A stretch of DNA of 64,000 nt from an uncultured delta proteobacterium (GCA_963713045.1 CAVQKE010000001.1:32001-96000), one strand, 5' to 3'; positions 22,001-31,474 are shown, counted from the stretch's first letter. Notes: generated by a model not told the origin, from the letters alone. Program-made: numbers and translations.

Positions 22001-24964
22001 GTGCTTCAGCTTGGACAGCTGTTCGCCGTCGCCGTCGGCTACCTGCTTCTGCTGTTCCTGGTGGCCTATGCCGCCGAGCGACGCTGGGTGCCGGCGGCCC
22101 TGGTCCGCCACCCACTGACGTACGCGCTTTCCCTCGGCGTCTACGCCACCTCCTGGAGCTACTCGGGAAGCGTGGGTTACGCGCGGGCCCAGGGCTTCAA
22201 CTTCCTCGCCATTTACGTCGGCGTGACACTGTCCTGTCTTCTCGTCCCGGTGGTGTGGCAGCCAGTGCTGCGGCTCACCCGCGAGCACCAACTGACGTCG
22301 CTGGCGGACCTCTTCGCCTTCCGCTTTCAAAGTCACGGCGCCGGCGTGCTGGTGACGCTTTTCATGCTGGCTGGGACGTTGCCCTACCTCGCCCTGCAGA
22401 TTCGCGCCGTCACCCAAGGCGTGGGGCTCTTGGGGCATGGGCCACCGGCCGCGCTGGTCGGCCTGGTGTTTTGCGCCTTGGTGGCGCTGTTTGCCCTGCT
22501 GTTTGGCGCCCGGCATGTGACGCCCCGAGAACGGCATGTTGGCCTCGGCTTGGCCATTGCCTTCGAGTCGGTGGTGAAGGTTGGCGCGCTGTTGACGGTG
22601 GGGGCGGTGGCCGTCACCCAAGTGTTTGGCGGTGCTGGCGGCCTCGGGCGGTGGCTCGCCGCAAACCCGGAAGCCCTGGAAAACGTCTACCGCCCCGTGC
22701 GGGAGGGGCCATGGGCCACCCTGTTGCTGCTGTCCTTCGCCGCTGGCTTTCTCCTTCCACGCCAGTTCCACATGGCGTTCACCGAGGCCCTCGGGAGCCG
22801 GGCGCTCGGCGTCGCCGCTTGGGCCTTCCCGGCTTTTCTGCTGCTGCTCAACCTGGCGGTGCTGCCGCTGTTGTGGGCCGGCCAGGTGGCACTTCCGGGC
22901 GTCCACCCGGACAACTATGTGCTGGGGCTGGCGCGCGGCACCGGCGTCACCGCGCTCGCCTTCGTCGGGGCTGTCTCGGCGGCCAGTGCCATGGTGATTG
23001 TCGACACGCTGGCCTTAGCGGCCATGTGTCTCAATCACCTCTTCCTTCCACGGCGAAACTTGGCCGGGGCGGGTGACCTCTACCGCGGCCTGTTGTGGGC
23101 CCGGCGCATCCTCATCGTGGTCATCATCTTCATCGGCTACGGCTTCTCCCGGGTGCTTGACGTCCGGCACGGCCTGGTGGAGTTGGGACTGGTTTCCTTT
23201 GTGGCCATCGTCCAGGTGCTCCCTGGCCTGTTGGCAGTCCTCTTCTGGCGGGGAGCCACCAGGCTCGGCTTCCTCAGTGGACTGTCGGCTGGCATCGCCG
23301 TCTGGGCGGCGGCGCTTTTTCTGCCACTGTTGGCCCGCGCCCACCTGGTGCCTCAAAGCTTCGACCTGGCGCAGCTCTTCGGGATTGTCCCGGGGACCGA
23401 ACCGTGGAGCACCTCCACCTTCTGGTCGCTCGGCCTCAATGTGCTGCTGTTTGGGGGCGTCTCGCTGCTCACCAAGCCGAGCCCCCGTGAGGAAGAGGCC
23501 GCCCTGTCGTGCACTCAGGCCCCGCGGCCGGTCGAGCCGATGGTGGTGGAGGCCGACAGCCCGAAGGACTTCCAGGCCAGGCTCGCTCCCCTGCTGGGTG
23601 CAGATGCCGCCACCACGGAGGTCGACCTCGCGATGGCCGACCTCAACATGGTGGAGGACGAGCGTCGACCGGCGCAGCTGCAGAAGCTTCGGGAACGGCT
23701 CCAACGCAACCTTTCTGGACTGGTGGGCCCGCTGCGCGCCCGCTGGCTGGTCGACCGCGGCATTCGCCTGGACCCCCGGCGTCAGCCGGCACTCTCCGAG
23801 AGGCTGAGGTCGCTCGAGGAGCAACTGCGGATGAGCCGTGCGCAACTGCACGGCGCCCCGGCCGAGCTGGAAGCCTTTCGGCGATACTTGCGCCGGGTCC
23901 TGGAGGACTTGCCGCTCGGCGTCTGCGCGCTTGGGCCAGACCAGGACGTCGTCATTTGGAATCATGCCCTGGAGGCCCTCTCCACCCTTCATGCCGCCGA
24001 CGCGGTGGGAGCGCGACTTGACCAGCTGCCCGGGCCGCTGGCCTCGGCCCTGCGGGACTTCCTCCTCCAGGAATCTCCTCACGCGGAGGTCTGCATCAGC
24101 CTGCAGGGCCGCGAGCATGTCCTGGCGCTGGGGAAGAGTCAGGAGCCGGTGTCCAGTGCGCCAGCGGACCTGCGCGGGCCGGTGCTGCTGGTGGAGGACT
24201 TGACCGAGCGGAAGGCCCTCGCCGCGCAGGTTGCCCACCAGGACCGCCTCGCTTCGGTGGGCCGGTTGGCGGCCGGGGTGGCGCATGAGATTGGAAATCC
24301 ACTCACCGGAATCGCCTGCCTGGCGCAAAACCTCGCCCGAGAAGCGGGCACCGTCGAGCAGCGCGAGCGCCTTGCGCTCATCCTCCGGGAAACCCAGCGC
24401 ATCGACACCATCGTCCGCGTCCTCCTCGGCTTTAGCCATGCGGGGACCATCCACGCGGTGCCGCGGCTTGAGCGTTTTGCTGCTCGAGACGCCCTCGGCG
24501 AGGCCATCACGCTGGTGCAGCTTTCCCGCAAGGCCAAGCGCGTGGCCTGTCACAACCGGGTGGCTTCAGGCCTGTCGCTCGAGGGTGACCGGCAACGGCT
24601 GCTTCAAGTCTTTGTGAACCTCATCTCCAACGCCTGCGACGCAAGCCCCGAGGGGGGCGAGGTGGTGGTGGAGGCAGAAGCTCTCGATGGTGCCATCCGC
24701 CTGCGCATCGCGGACCGCGGCACGGGCATTGACGACGCAGTGCGCGAGAGGATGTTCGAACCTTTTTTCACGACAAAACCGCCTGGACAGGGTACGGGAC
24801 TCGGGCTCCCTCTTGCGCAAAGCATCGTGCGGGAGCATTTGGGGACGCTGGAAGTGGAGAGTTCCCCTGGGAGAGGAACGACGGTGGTGGTGGAGTTGCC
24901 GTCGAGACGAGAACGGGAGCCGGTGGCTGACGGGGCCGCGCAGTCGCAGGTCCCGGCGAAGTAG
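22001..24964 (+). CDS. cbrA: SLC5/SSF transporter-STAC-PAS-histidine kinase, CbrA-like
   Basis: SSF N-terminus (YALSLGVYATSWSYSGSVG, AIAFESVVK, LPRQFHM); STAC-like DERRPAQLQKLRERLQRNLSGLVGP; H-box AHEIGNPLTGIACLAQNL; G boxes. Confidence 0.88.
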   Translation: MLQLGQLFAVAVGYLLLLFLVAYAAERRWVPAALVRHPLTYALSLGVYATSWSYSGSVGYARAQGFNFLAIYVGVTLSCLLVPVVWQPVLRLTREHQLTSLADLFAFRFQSHGAGVLVTLFMLAGTLPYLALQIRAVTQGVGLLGHGPPAALVGLVFCALVALFALLFGARHVTPRERHVGLGLAIAFESVVKVGALLTVGAVAVTQVFGGAGGLGRWLAANPEALENVYRPVREGPWATLLLLSFAAGFLLPRQFHMAFTEALGSRALGVAAWAFPAFLLLLNLAVLPLLWAGQVALPGVHPDNYVLGLARGTGVTALAFVGAVSAASAMVIVDTLALAAMCLNHLFLPRRNLAGAGDLYRGLLWARRILIVVIIFIGYGFSRVLDVRHGLVELGLVSFVAIVQVLPGLLAVLFWRGATRLGFLSGLSAGIAVWAAALFLPLLARAHLVPQSFDLAQLFGIVPGTEPWSTSTFWSLGLNVLLFGGVSLLTKPSPREEEAALSCTQAPRPVEPMVVEADSPKDFQARLAPLLGADAATTEVDLAMADLNMVEDERRPAQLQKLRERLQRNLSGLVGPLRARWLVDRGIRLDPRRQPALSERLRSLEEQLRMSRAQLHGAPAELEAFRRYLRRVLEDLPLGVCALGPDQDVVIWNHALEALSTLHAADAVGARLDQLPGPLASALRDFLLQESPHAEVCISLQGREHVLALGKSQEPVSSAPADLRGPVLLVEDLTERKALAAQVAHQDRLASVGRLAAGVAHEIGNPLTGIACLAQNLAREAGTVEQRERLALILRETQRIDTIVRVLLGFSHAGTIHAVPRLERFAARDALGEAITLVQLSRKAKRVACHNRVASGLSLEGDRQRLLQVFVNLISNACDASPEGGEVVVEAEALDGAIRLRIADRGTGIDDAVRERMFEPFFTTKPPGQGTGLGLPLAQSIVREHLGTLEVESSPGRGTTVVVELPSRREREPVADGAAQSQVPAK

Positions 24965-24974
24965 GTGACGAGAC

Positions 24975-26324
24975 ATGAGCCGCACCCTCATCGTCGAGGA
25001 CGAGGACGTCATCCGCACCGAGCTGGCCCGCCTTCTGGTGCGGGCTGGCCACGACGTGGCGGAAGCCAAGACGGTACAGGAGGCTGCCAACCAGGGCCTG
25101 GACGGTTTTGACCTCGTCATCGCCGACTTGAGGCTTCCCGGCGGCCTGGGCACGGACTTGGTGGACCTCTGTCCTGGGACACCGGTGCTGATTATGACGA
25201 GCTTCGCCACGGTCCGGGCTGCGGTGGAGGCCATCCAAAAGGGGGCGGTCGACTTCGTCGCCAAGCCGTTTGACCACGACGAACTGCTGCTGGTGGTGGA
25301 CCGAGTGCTTCGCCAGTCGCGACTCCAGCGACAGAATGCCGTTCTCCGGCAAGACCTCGAGCGCAGCTACGCCGTCCAGGGGTTGGTGGGCAATTGCCCC
25401 CAAATGCGCGAAGTCTTTGAGCGGGTCCGCAAGGTGTCGCATACCGACGCGACAGTCCTCATCCTCGGCGAATCCGGGACTGGCAAGGAGCTGGTGGCGC
25501 GCGCGGTCCACGACCAAAGCGCGCGCCGCGAAGCCCCGATTGTCACCGTCAACTGTGCAGCCATTCCAGAAAGCCTCATCGAGTCCGAGCTGTTCGGCCA
25601 CGAGAAAGGCGCCTTCACCGGGGCGCACAAGACAAAGGCTGGACTGGTCGAGGCTGCCGACGGCGGCACCCTCTTTCTGGATGAGATTGGCGAGCTGCCG
25701 TTACCGGCCCAAGCCCGACTCCTTCGCGTGCTTCAAGAAGGCGAGGTGCGCCGCGTGGGCGCAACCGGCAGCCGCCACGTCAACGTCCGCCTCATCGCCG
25801 CGACCCACCGGGACCTACGGCAGATGTGTTTCGACGGACATTTCCGCAATGACCTCTACTTTCGCCTCCGCGTGGTGGAAGTCCACCTGCCACCGCTCAG
25901 GGCCCGCGGCGATGACGTCCTAGAATTGGCGGACTTCCTCTTGGCCAAGGCGTGCCGCCGCCTCAACCGTCCGCCTCTTCGCTTCTCCGAGGAGGCGCGC
26001 GGAGCCATCTTCGCCCACGATTGGCCCGGCAACGTGCGCGAGTTGGAGAATGCGGTGGAACGGGCCGTCATTCTGAGCGAAGGCGGACTGATTACGCCGG
26101 ATTTGCTGGCCATTGATGCGCCCCACCTGACCGATGCCCCCTCCGATGCGGATGCGGAGACGGGGTCGGATGGAGCTCTCACCGAGTATTTCCGCCGCTT
26201 TGTCCTCGAGCACCAGGCGCAGCTGTCGGAGACGGAGATTGCTCGGCGGCTGGGCATTAGCCGCAAGGCCCTCTGGGAGAAGCGGGCGCGCCTGGGAATT
26301 CGGCGCAACAAGCTCCAGGCATGA
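24975..26324 (+). CDS. cbrB: sigma54-dependent response regulator, CbrB-like
   Basis: REC domain, GESGTGKE, GAFTGA, WPGNVRELEN; C-terminus YFRRFVLEHQAQLSETEIARRLGISRKALWEKR resembles CbrB. Confidence 0.88.
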   Translation: MSRTLIVEDEDVIRTELARLLVRAGHDVAEAKTVQEAANQGLDGFDLVIADLRLPGGLGTDLVDLCPGTPVLIMTSFATVRAAVEAIQKGAVDFVAKPFDHDELLLVVDRVLRQSRLQRQNAVLRQDLERSYAVQGLVGNCPQMREVFERVRKVSHTDATVLILGESGTGKELVARAVHDQSARREAPIVTVNCAAIPESLIESELFGHEKGAFTGAHKTKAGLVEAADGGTLFLDEIGELPLPAQARLLRVLQEGEVRRVGATGSRHVNVRLIAATHRDLRQMCFDGHFRNDLYFRLRVVEVHLPPLRARGDDVLELADFLLAKACRRLNRPPLRFSEEARGAIFAHDWPGNVRELENAVERAVILSEGGLITPDLLAIDAPHLTDAPSDADAETGSDGALTEYFRRFVLEHQAQLSETEIARRLGISRKALWEKRARLGIRRNKLQA

Positions 26325-26359
26325 CGACTTTCACGACGCCCAGACGTCGTCCCCCAGGC

Positions 26360-26384
26360 TGTTACCTTCGGTAACGGCTGTTCC
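26360..26384 (+). promoter_or_regulatory. Tripartite CbrB-type upstream activating site 1
   Basis: TGTTAC-cttcg-GTAACG-gc-TGTTCC. Confidence 0.7.
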
Positions 26385-26449
26385 GGAACGACACGGCAGG
26401 GCAGGCCTTCACCGAGGCCAAGTCCACGAAGGCTGCCGAGCTGGACCAC

Positions 26450-26464
26450 TGGCGTGGCCTTTGC
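26450..26464 (+). promoter_or_regulatory. sigma54 -24/-12 promoter of the acs-like gene
   Basis: TGGCGTGGCCTTTGC (GG-N10-GC). Confidence 0.75.
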
Positions 26465-26482
26465 CTCTGCGTGCTGGAAGAT

Positions 26483-27952
26483 GTGAGCCGCTCCACTTCC
26501 CCGTCGCCACGCCCTTCCCCGACCAGCCGACTGGCCCATTGCCGGCGGCTGCGCGAGGAGAGCCTCGCCCACCCAGAGCAGTTTTGGCTCCGTGAAGCTG
26601 CGGCGCTCAGCTGGCTGCGCCCTCCGCAGCATGCCTTCGAAGGCGAGCTCGCGGAGGGCGACATCAGTTGGTTTGGCGACGGCCAACTCAACGTGACTGT
26701 CAGCTGCGTTGACCGCCACGCCGCCTCGTCACCAGACCGCCCGGCCGTGGTGTGGTTGAGGAGTGAGGGCGATGTGGAGACGTTGAGTTACCGCTCCCTC
26801 CGGCAGCACATGTGTCGGATGGCCAACGTGCTGCTGAGTCATGGGGTGCGGCGGCAGGACCGCGTTGCCTTGTACCTTCCGTTGGGCACCCCGCTGGTGG
26901 TGGCGTCGCTGGCGTGCGCGCGGCTCGGTGCAGTGCAGCTTTGCGTGCCGGTGCAGGCGGACACGCAGTCACTTCGGCGTGCGCTCCGTGTCGCCAAGGC
27001 GCGGCTGTTGGTGACGGCCAATGAGGCGGAGATTCATGGAACCAGGATTCCACTTTGGGAGCGCGCCGATGAGGCCCTCAATGGCCTCGGTCGCGTGGAG
27101 GCGGTACTGGTGCAGCGACGAACCGGCGCCCGGGTGCCGCTGGCCTATGCGCGCGACGCGGACCTGGAGCGCGCGCTCGCATTGGCCCGCCCGACGTGTC
27201 CGCCCACCTGGCTGCAAGGCGAGGATGCCCTGCTTCTGTCGGCCGCTGGCGGGGAGGAGGCAGGCCGCCGGGTGGTGCACGGCGTGGCCGGGTTCCTCCT
27301 CCAGGCACTGTTGGTGCAACGCGAGGCACTGGGCGTGCGCGTAGGAGACCGGGTGCTGTGCCTCAACGACGGAAAAGGGCTTCGACGAGACGTGCTTTTC
27401 GGCACCCTGGCGTTGGGGGCGACTCTGGTGCTGGACGAGCGTGGGGATGGGATGGCCCACCTGGACGCTCTGGACGTGACTCACGTCCTCGGCCGGGCCG
27501 AAGACTTCAACGGCGCCGGCCCCGCAACTGGGAGTCGAACCCGGGTGCTTCTGGACGCGCCTGGCGGCGTCACAGCAGACGTCGAAGGAGTCTGGAGCAG
27601 CGAGGAGGCCGGAATGCTGCTCGCCCATTGGCCGGGCGCTGGCGAGACAGCGTTGTTCGGGGTGGATCCGGTGGTGCTGAACGCGGAGGGAAGTCCGGTG
27701 GGCTGCGGAGCGACGGGTGAGCTGTGTACGCGCGCCTCGTGGCCCGCACAGCCGCGCACGCTCGACTCAGACCACGCCCGCTTCGTCGACCAGCGACTGC
27801 GGCGCTTCCCGGGCGTCTACCGCACGATGGAGCGGTGCCAAGTCCTGTCCGAAGGACGACTTTCCTGGGTGGGCCGCAGCAATGAACCGGCCTTGGTGGC
27901 CCTCAGCCCGGCGGAGGTTGGCCCGCTCTCCGGACCGCTCGGACACGCGTAA
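26483..27952 (+). CDS. Degenerate acetyl-CoA synthetase homologue (AMP-binding fold; P-loop and C-terminal domain lost)
   Basis: Acs N-terminal motifs PEQFW, WFGDGQLNV, CVDRH, LACARLGA, SWPAQPRT; YTSGSTGKPKG replaced by SAAGGEEAGRR; ends shortly after the GR hinge; start may be 26471 or 26483. Confidence 0.75.
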   Translation: MSRSTSPSPRPSPTSRLAHCRRLREESLAHPEQFWLREAAALSWLRPPQHAFEGELAEGDISWFGDGQLNVTVSCVDRHAASSPDRPAVVWLRSEGDVETLSYRSLRQHMCRMANVLLSHGVRRQDRVALYLPLGTPLVVASLACARLGAVQLCVPVQADTQSLRRALRVAKARLLVTANEAEIHGTRIPLWERADEALNGLGRVEAVLVQRRTGARVPLAYARDADLERALALARPTCPPTWLQGEDALLLSAAGGEEAGRRVVHGVAGFLLQALLVQREALGVRVGDRVLCLNDGKGLRRDVLFGTLALGATLVLDERGDGMAHLDALDVTHVLGRAEDFNGAGPATGSRTRVLLDAPGGVTADVEGVWSSEEAGMLLAHWPGAGETALFGVDPVVLNAEGSPVGCGATGELCTRASWPAQPRTLDSDHARFVDQRLRRFPGVYRTMERCQVLSEGRLSWVGRSNEPALVALSPAEVGPLSGPLGHA

Positions 27953-27959
27953 GACCGCC

Positions 27960-27987
27960 CGTTACGTTTGGTAGCAGGCGGTGTTAC
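27960..27987 (+). promoter_or_regulatory. Tripartite CbrB-type upstream activating site 2
   Basis: CGTTAC-gtttg-GTAGCA-ggcgg-TGTTAC. Confidence 0.7.
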
Positions 27988-28049
27988 CCGCGGCCGCATG
28001 CTGCGCCGCGTAGTGGATGCAAGCAGCGAGGACTCCTGGGACTTTGCGT

Positions 28050-28064
28050 TGGCGTGGGAGTTGC
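28050..28064 (+). promoter_or_regulatory. sigma54 -24/-12 promoter of the MFS transporter
   Basis: TGGCGTGGGAGTTGC (GG-N10-GC). Confidence 0.75.
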
Positions 28065-28103
28065 CCCCTGTTGGAGGTCGCTTCCCTACCCGGAGGTTTC
28101 AAC

Positions 28104-29714
28104 GTGGCCACACCTGCCAGTGCCATTGCGGCGCCGCTTGAGGTGCCAGAGGAGCGACGCGTCATCTTCGCGTCGTCTCTCGGGACCGTCTTCGAATGGT
28201 ACGACTTCTACATCTACGCCATCCTGGCGCCCTTCTTCGCTGGAGTCTTTTTCCCTCCTGGGAACCAGCAGGCAGCACTGCTGGGGGCCTTCGTTAACTA
28301 TGCGGCCGGCTTCTTGGTCCGGCCCTTCGGCGCCCTCGTCTTCGGCCGGGTCGGCGACCTCATCGGACGCAAGTACACCTTCCTCGTCACCATCGTGGTG
28401 ATGGGGTTGTCCACGTTCCTGGTCGGCCTGTTACCAACCTACGCCCAAGTCGGCTTCCTCGCTCCGCTGTTGCTCCTTCTCGTGCGGCTCGCTCAAGGTC
28501 TGGCCATCGGTGGCGAGTACGGAGGCGCCGCCACCTACGTCGCGGAGCACTCTCCGAACGAAAAGCGCGGTTTCAACACCAGCTTCATCCAGACCACCGC
28601 GACCGTTGGACTGTTGATGGCGCTGATTATTGTATGGCTCTGTCGCAATGGCTTCTCCGAGGCGACCTTCAAGAGCTTCGGCTGGCGCGTCCCCTTCCTT
28701 GCTTCCAGCGTCCTATTGGTCATCTCGGTGTACATCCGTCTACGCCTTCAAGAGTCGCCGGTCTTCATGAAGATGAAGTCGGAAGGAAAGGGCTCCAAGG
28801 CACCGCTCACCGATAGCTTCGGCAACTGGAAGAATCTCAAGTATGTGCTCATCGCGCTGTTTGGAGCCACCGCGGGCCAAGGCGTCATCTGGTACACGGG
28901 GCAGTTCTACGCGCTCTTCTTCCTCATCACGACGCTGAAGGTGGGCTGGCACATTACCTACTTCCTCATTGGCATGTCGCTGGTTCTGGGAACGCCCTTC
29001 TTCCTGGTCTTTGGCTGGCTGTCGGACAAAATCGGCCGCAAGTGGATCATCATGGGGGGCTGTCTGCTGGGCGTCCTCACCTATCAGCCCATCTTCAAGG
29101 CGCTCACTCACTATGCCAATCCAGCGCTGGAGGACTTCAACGCGCGGACAAAAATCTCGCTCACCGCGAGCGACTGCCGAATCCACCTGTTCCCGCTGCC
29201 CACCACCAAGTACAGCGACTGTGACCGGGTTCAGAGCCAGCTCTCCAGCCGGGCCCTGACCTATGCCATCAACGAAGGCGCTCCTGGAGCGCCGCCGGTG
29301 GTCAAGATTAACGACCAGGAAATTGTCGGCGTGGACGAAGCGAAGCTGAAGTCCATCCTGGCCGGGTTGCAGTACCCGACTTCGGCCAAAGAGGCAGACA
29401 TCAACTCCGGGATGGTGCTCTTGTTGCTGTTCATCATGGTCGTCTACGTGACGATGGTCTACGGGCCGATTGCGGCGTTTCTGGTCGAGCTCTTTCCGAC
29501 TCGAATCCGCTACACGTCCATGTCCCTGCCCTACCACATTGGCAATGGATGGTTCGGTGGCCTGCTGCCGTTGACAGCCGCCGCACTGGTGGCATCCCAC
29601 GGCGACATCTACTACGGCCTCTGGTACCCAATTGGCGTGGCGCTGATGACGTTCATCGTTGGCAGCCTCTTCATCCGCGAGACGAAGGACCACAAAATCA
29701 CAACCAACGTTTAG
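28104..29714 (+). CDS. MFS transporter, metabolite:H+ symporter (MHS) family, with periplasmic insertion
   Basis: GTVFEWYDFY, RPFGALVFGRVGDLIGRK, QGLAIGGEYGGA, WRVPF; GGAGG RBS at 28092-28096 before GTG. Confidence 0.92.
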   Translation: MATPASAIAAPLEVPEERRVIFASSLGTVFEWYDFYIYAILAPFFAGVFFPPGNQQAALLGAFVNYAAGFLVRPFGALVFGRVGDLIGRKYTFLVTIVVMGLSTFLVGLLPTYAQVGFLAPLLLLLVRLAQGLAIGGEYGGAATYVAEHSPNEKRGFNTSFIQTTATVGLLMALIIVWLCRNGFSEATFKSFGWRVPFLASSVLLVISVYIRLRLQESPVFMKMKSEGKGSKAPLTDSFGNWKNLKYVLIALFGATAGQGVIWYTGQFYALFFLITTLKVGWHITYFLIGMSLVLGTPFFLVFGWLSDKIGRKWIIMGGCLLGVLTYQPIFKALTHYANPALEDFNARTKISLTASDCRIHLFPLPTTKYSDCDRVQSQLSSRALTYAINEGAPGAPPVVKINDQEIVGVDEAKLKSILAGLQYPTSAKEADINSGMVLLLLFIMVVYVTMVYGPIAAFLVELFPTRIRYTSMSLPYHIGNGWFGGLLPLTAAALVASHGDIYYGLWYPIGVALMTFIVGSLFIRETKDHKITTNV

Positions 29715-29743
29715 CGACTTTTTCCTGAGCAGTTCGCGTAGAC

Positions 29744-29783
29744 GGGGGGCCCGGCCGGCGACGGTCGGGCCCCTCTTGCGTTT
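29744..29783 (+). terminator. Stem-loop terminator after the MFS gene
   Basis: GGGGGGCCCGGCCG-gcga-CGGTCGGGCCCCTC followed by TTGCGTTT. Confidence 0.7.
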
Positions 29784-29975
29784 CGGCCGAAGACGGAGTC
29801 CTCCTAAAAAAGCGAATCTCGAAGGCGCGGGGACCCTCTGACCGACAACAGTCTCTCGCCGCGTCCACCTCCGGGAAGAACATCTTCCCTCCCCTTCGGA
29901 CAGGGACTCGGCCGCGTGCACGTTAAGAGTCCCGAGCCCCTCCCTACGCACCAACATTTTTACTTATAAACTCTT

Positions 29976-30034
29976 GGGGAAAAAATCCCCTGGGGTGCGA
30001 GGAAATAGTCCCCGATTGAGAGGGTTTGGTCCCC
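29976..30034. promoter_or_regulatory. Three phased GRGGR-N5-TCCCC boxes (candidate enhancer-binding sites)
   Basis: GGGGAAAAAATCCCC (29976), GAGGAAATAGTCCCC (29999), GAGGGTTTGGTCCCC (30020); same pattern at 36088 and 36109. Confidence 0.5.
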
Positions 30035-30203
30035 TCCGGGCGGGAATTTTTGGCGGAAAACATTCCCGGTGGCAGACGGCGTTGGAATGTTTCCCGGTCG
30101 AACCAGCCTGCCCGGAACGCCAGCGCAACTTCAACGCCAACGAGTTGCCCTGCCACGTGCGGAGGATAATCGGTGCATCGTACTTCCAATTTCTGGAGGA
30201 CAT

Positions 30204-30320
30204 ATGAAACAAACGCATTGCACCTGTCGTGACAATCATCGCAGCACAAGGCTCCTTTCAGCTCGGATTCCAGGGAAACGTCTCCCGGGGACGATGGGAA
30301 GACGTGAAGACGTCATTTGA
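30204..30320 (+). CDS. Small ORF or gene remnant (38 aa) with strong RBS
   Basis: GGAGGacatATG; no recognisable motif. Confidence 0.3.
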   Translation: MKQTHCTCRDNHRSTRLLSARIPGKRLPGTMGRREDVI

Positions 30321-30500
30321 GGACACGTACACCGCAGACCCGTTCGCCCATTCCGGAACCTAGTCTGGTTCGAAGCCTCGCAAAAGCGACGGGGGTCGGC
30401 CGCCGTAACGTCCCACTCCAGCGCTTTTGCGGGGTCTTGTTGTTCGTCAACGACGGGCCGTTCGAGTCGCGGTAGAAGACGCGAGTTGGCCGCTCGGGTC

Positions 30501-31463
30501 ATGACGAAGGCGCTCATTTCACTCATCGCAGTGGCGTGCCTGCTGCCCGATGTCCCGGCGCTCGGCTGGCGGGCGCTTCCCACCTGGGCCGCCCTCCTCC
30601 TCGGTGTGGCAGTCACTTTGGTGGTTGGAAATCCGTGGGTCATACACACCAAGACGCTGACGCCCCGGCTCCTCGCTGCGTCCGTGGTGGGTCTGGGAGC
30701 GGCGATGAACCTGCGAACGGTGCTGACGGTCGGCCTGGAAGGCTTCGTCTATACGCTGGTCGGCATCGTCGCCACGCTGGGAGCCGCGGCCCTGCTCCAG
30801 CGGTGGCTGGCCGTCCGTCGGGCGACCGGGATTCTGGTCGGCGTGGGAACGGCCATCTGCGGTGGCAGCGCCATCGCAGCGGCGGCACCAGTGATTGGGG
30901 CCGAAGCTGAGGACACCAGCGCCGCGCTGGGAATTGTCTTCCTTCTCAACGCGACGGCGCTGCTGCTGTTTCCAGTGGCTGGCCACCACTTGGGCCTTTC
31001 CCAGCATGCCTTTGGCCTGTGGGCAGCTTTGGCCATTCACGACACCTCCAGTGTCGTCGGAGCGTCTTCGAGCTATGGGCCGGAGGCCCTTCTCGTGGCC
31101 ACCACCACCAAGCTGGTGCGGGCACTGTGGATTGTCCCGGTGACCCTTGCCCTCGGCGCATGGGTCGCCCGTGAGCGGCCGGCAGCGCCGGGAAAGCCCC
31201 AAGCCAAGCGTCCTTGGTTCATCCTCGGCTTTCTCTTCGCCGCAGCAGTCGTCACCTTCGTGCCGAGGCTTCAACCCGCGGGGCGAGCGGTCGCGCTCGC
31301 CTCACAACGGGCGCTGGTCCTCACCCTGTTCCTCCTCGGGCTGGGGCTTTCCCGCAGCGCGGTCGCTCGAGTCGGCGGCCGCCCCTTCCTGATGGGCGTG
31401 TCCCTTTGGGTTCTGGTGGCGAGCGTGACGCTGGGGGCGCTGCTCCTGGGATGGATTTCCTGA
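30501..31463 (+). CDS. YeiH/UPF0324 family putative sulfate exporter
   Basis: GTAICGGSAIAA, AIHDTSSVVGA, KLVRALWIVP, PWFILGF. Confidence 0.88.
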   Translation: MTKALISLIAVACLLPDVPALGWRALPTWAALLLGVAVTLVVGNPWVIHTKTLTPRLLAASVVGLGAAMNLRTVLTVGLEGFVYTLVGIVATLGAAALLQRWLAVRRATGILVGVGTAICGGSAIAAAAPVIGAEAEDTSAALGIVFLLNATALLLFPVAGHHLGLSQHAFGLWAALAIHDTSSVVGASSSYGPEALLVATTTKLVRALWIVPVTLALGAWVARERPAAPGKPQAKRPWFILGFLFAAAVVTFVPRLQPAGRAVALASQRALVLTLFLLGLGLSRSAVARVGGRPFLMGVSLWVLVASVTLGALLLGWIS

Positions 31464-31474
31464 ACGCTGGGGCT

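Noticed and set aside
26324..26470. CrcZ-like sRNA after cbrB
   Set aside because: Space is taken by the activator site and promoter; no AANAANAA repeats
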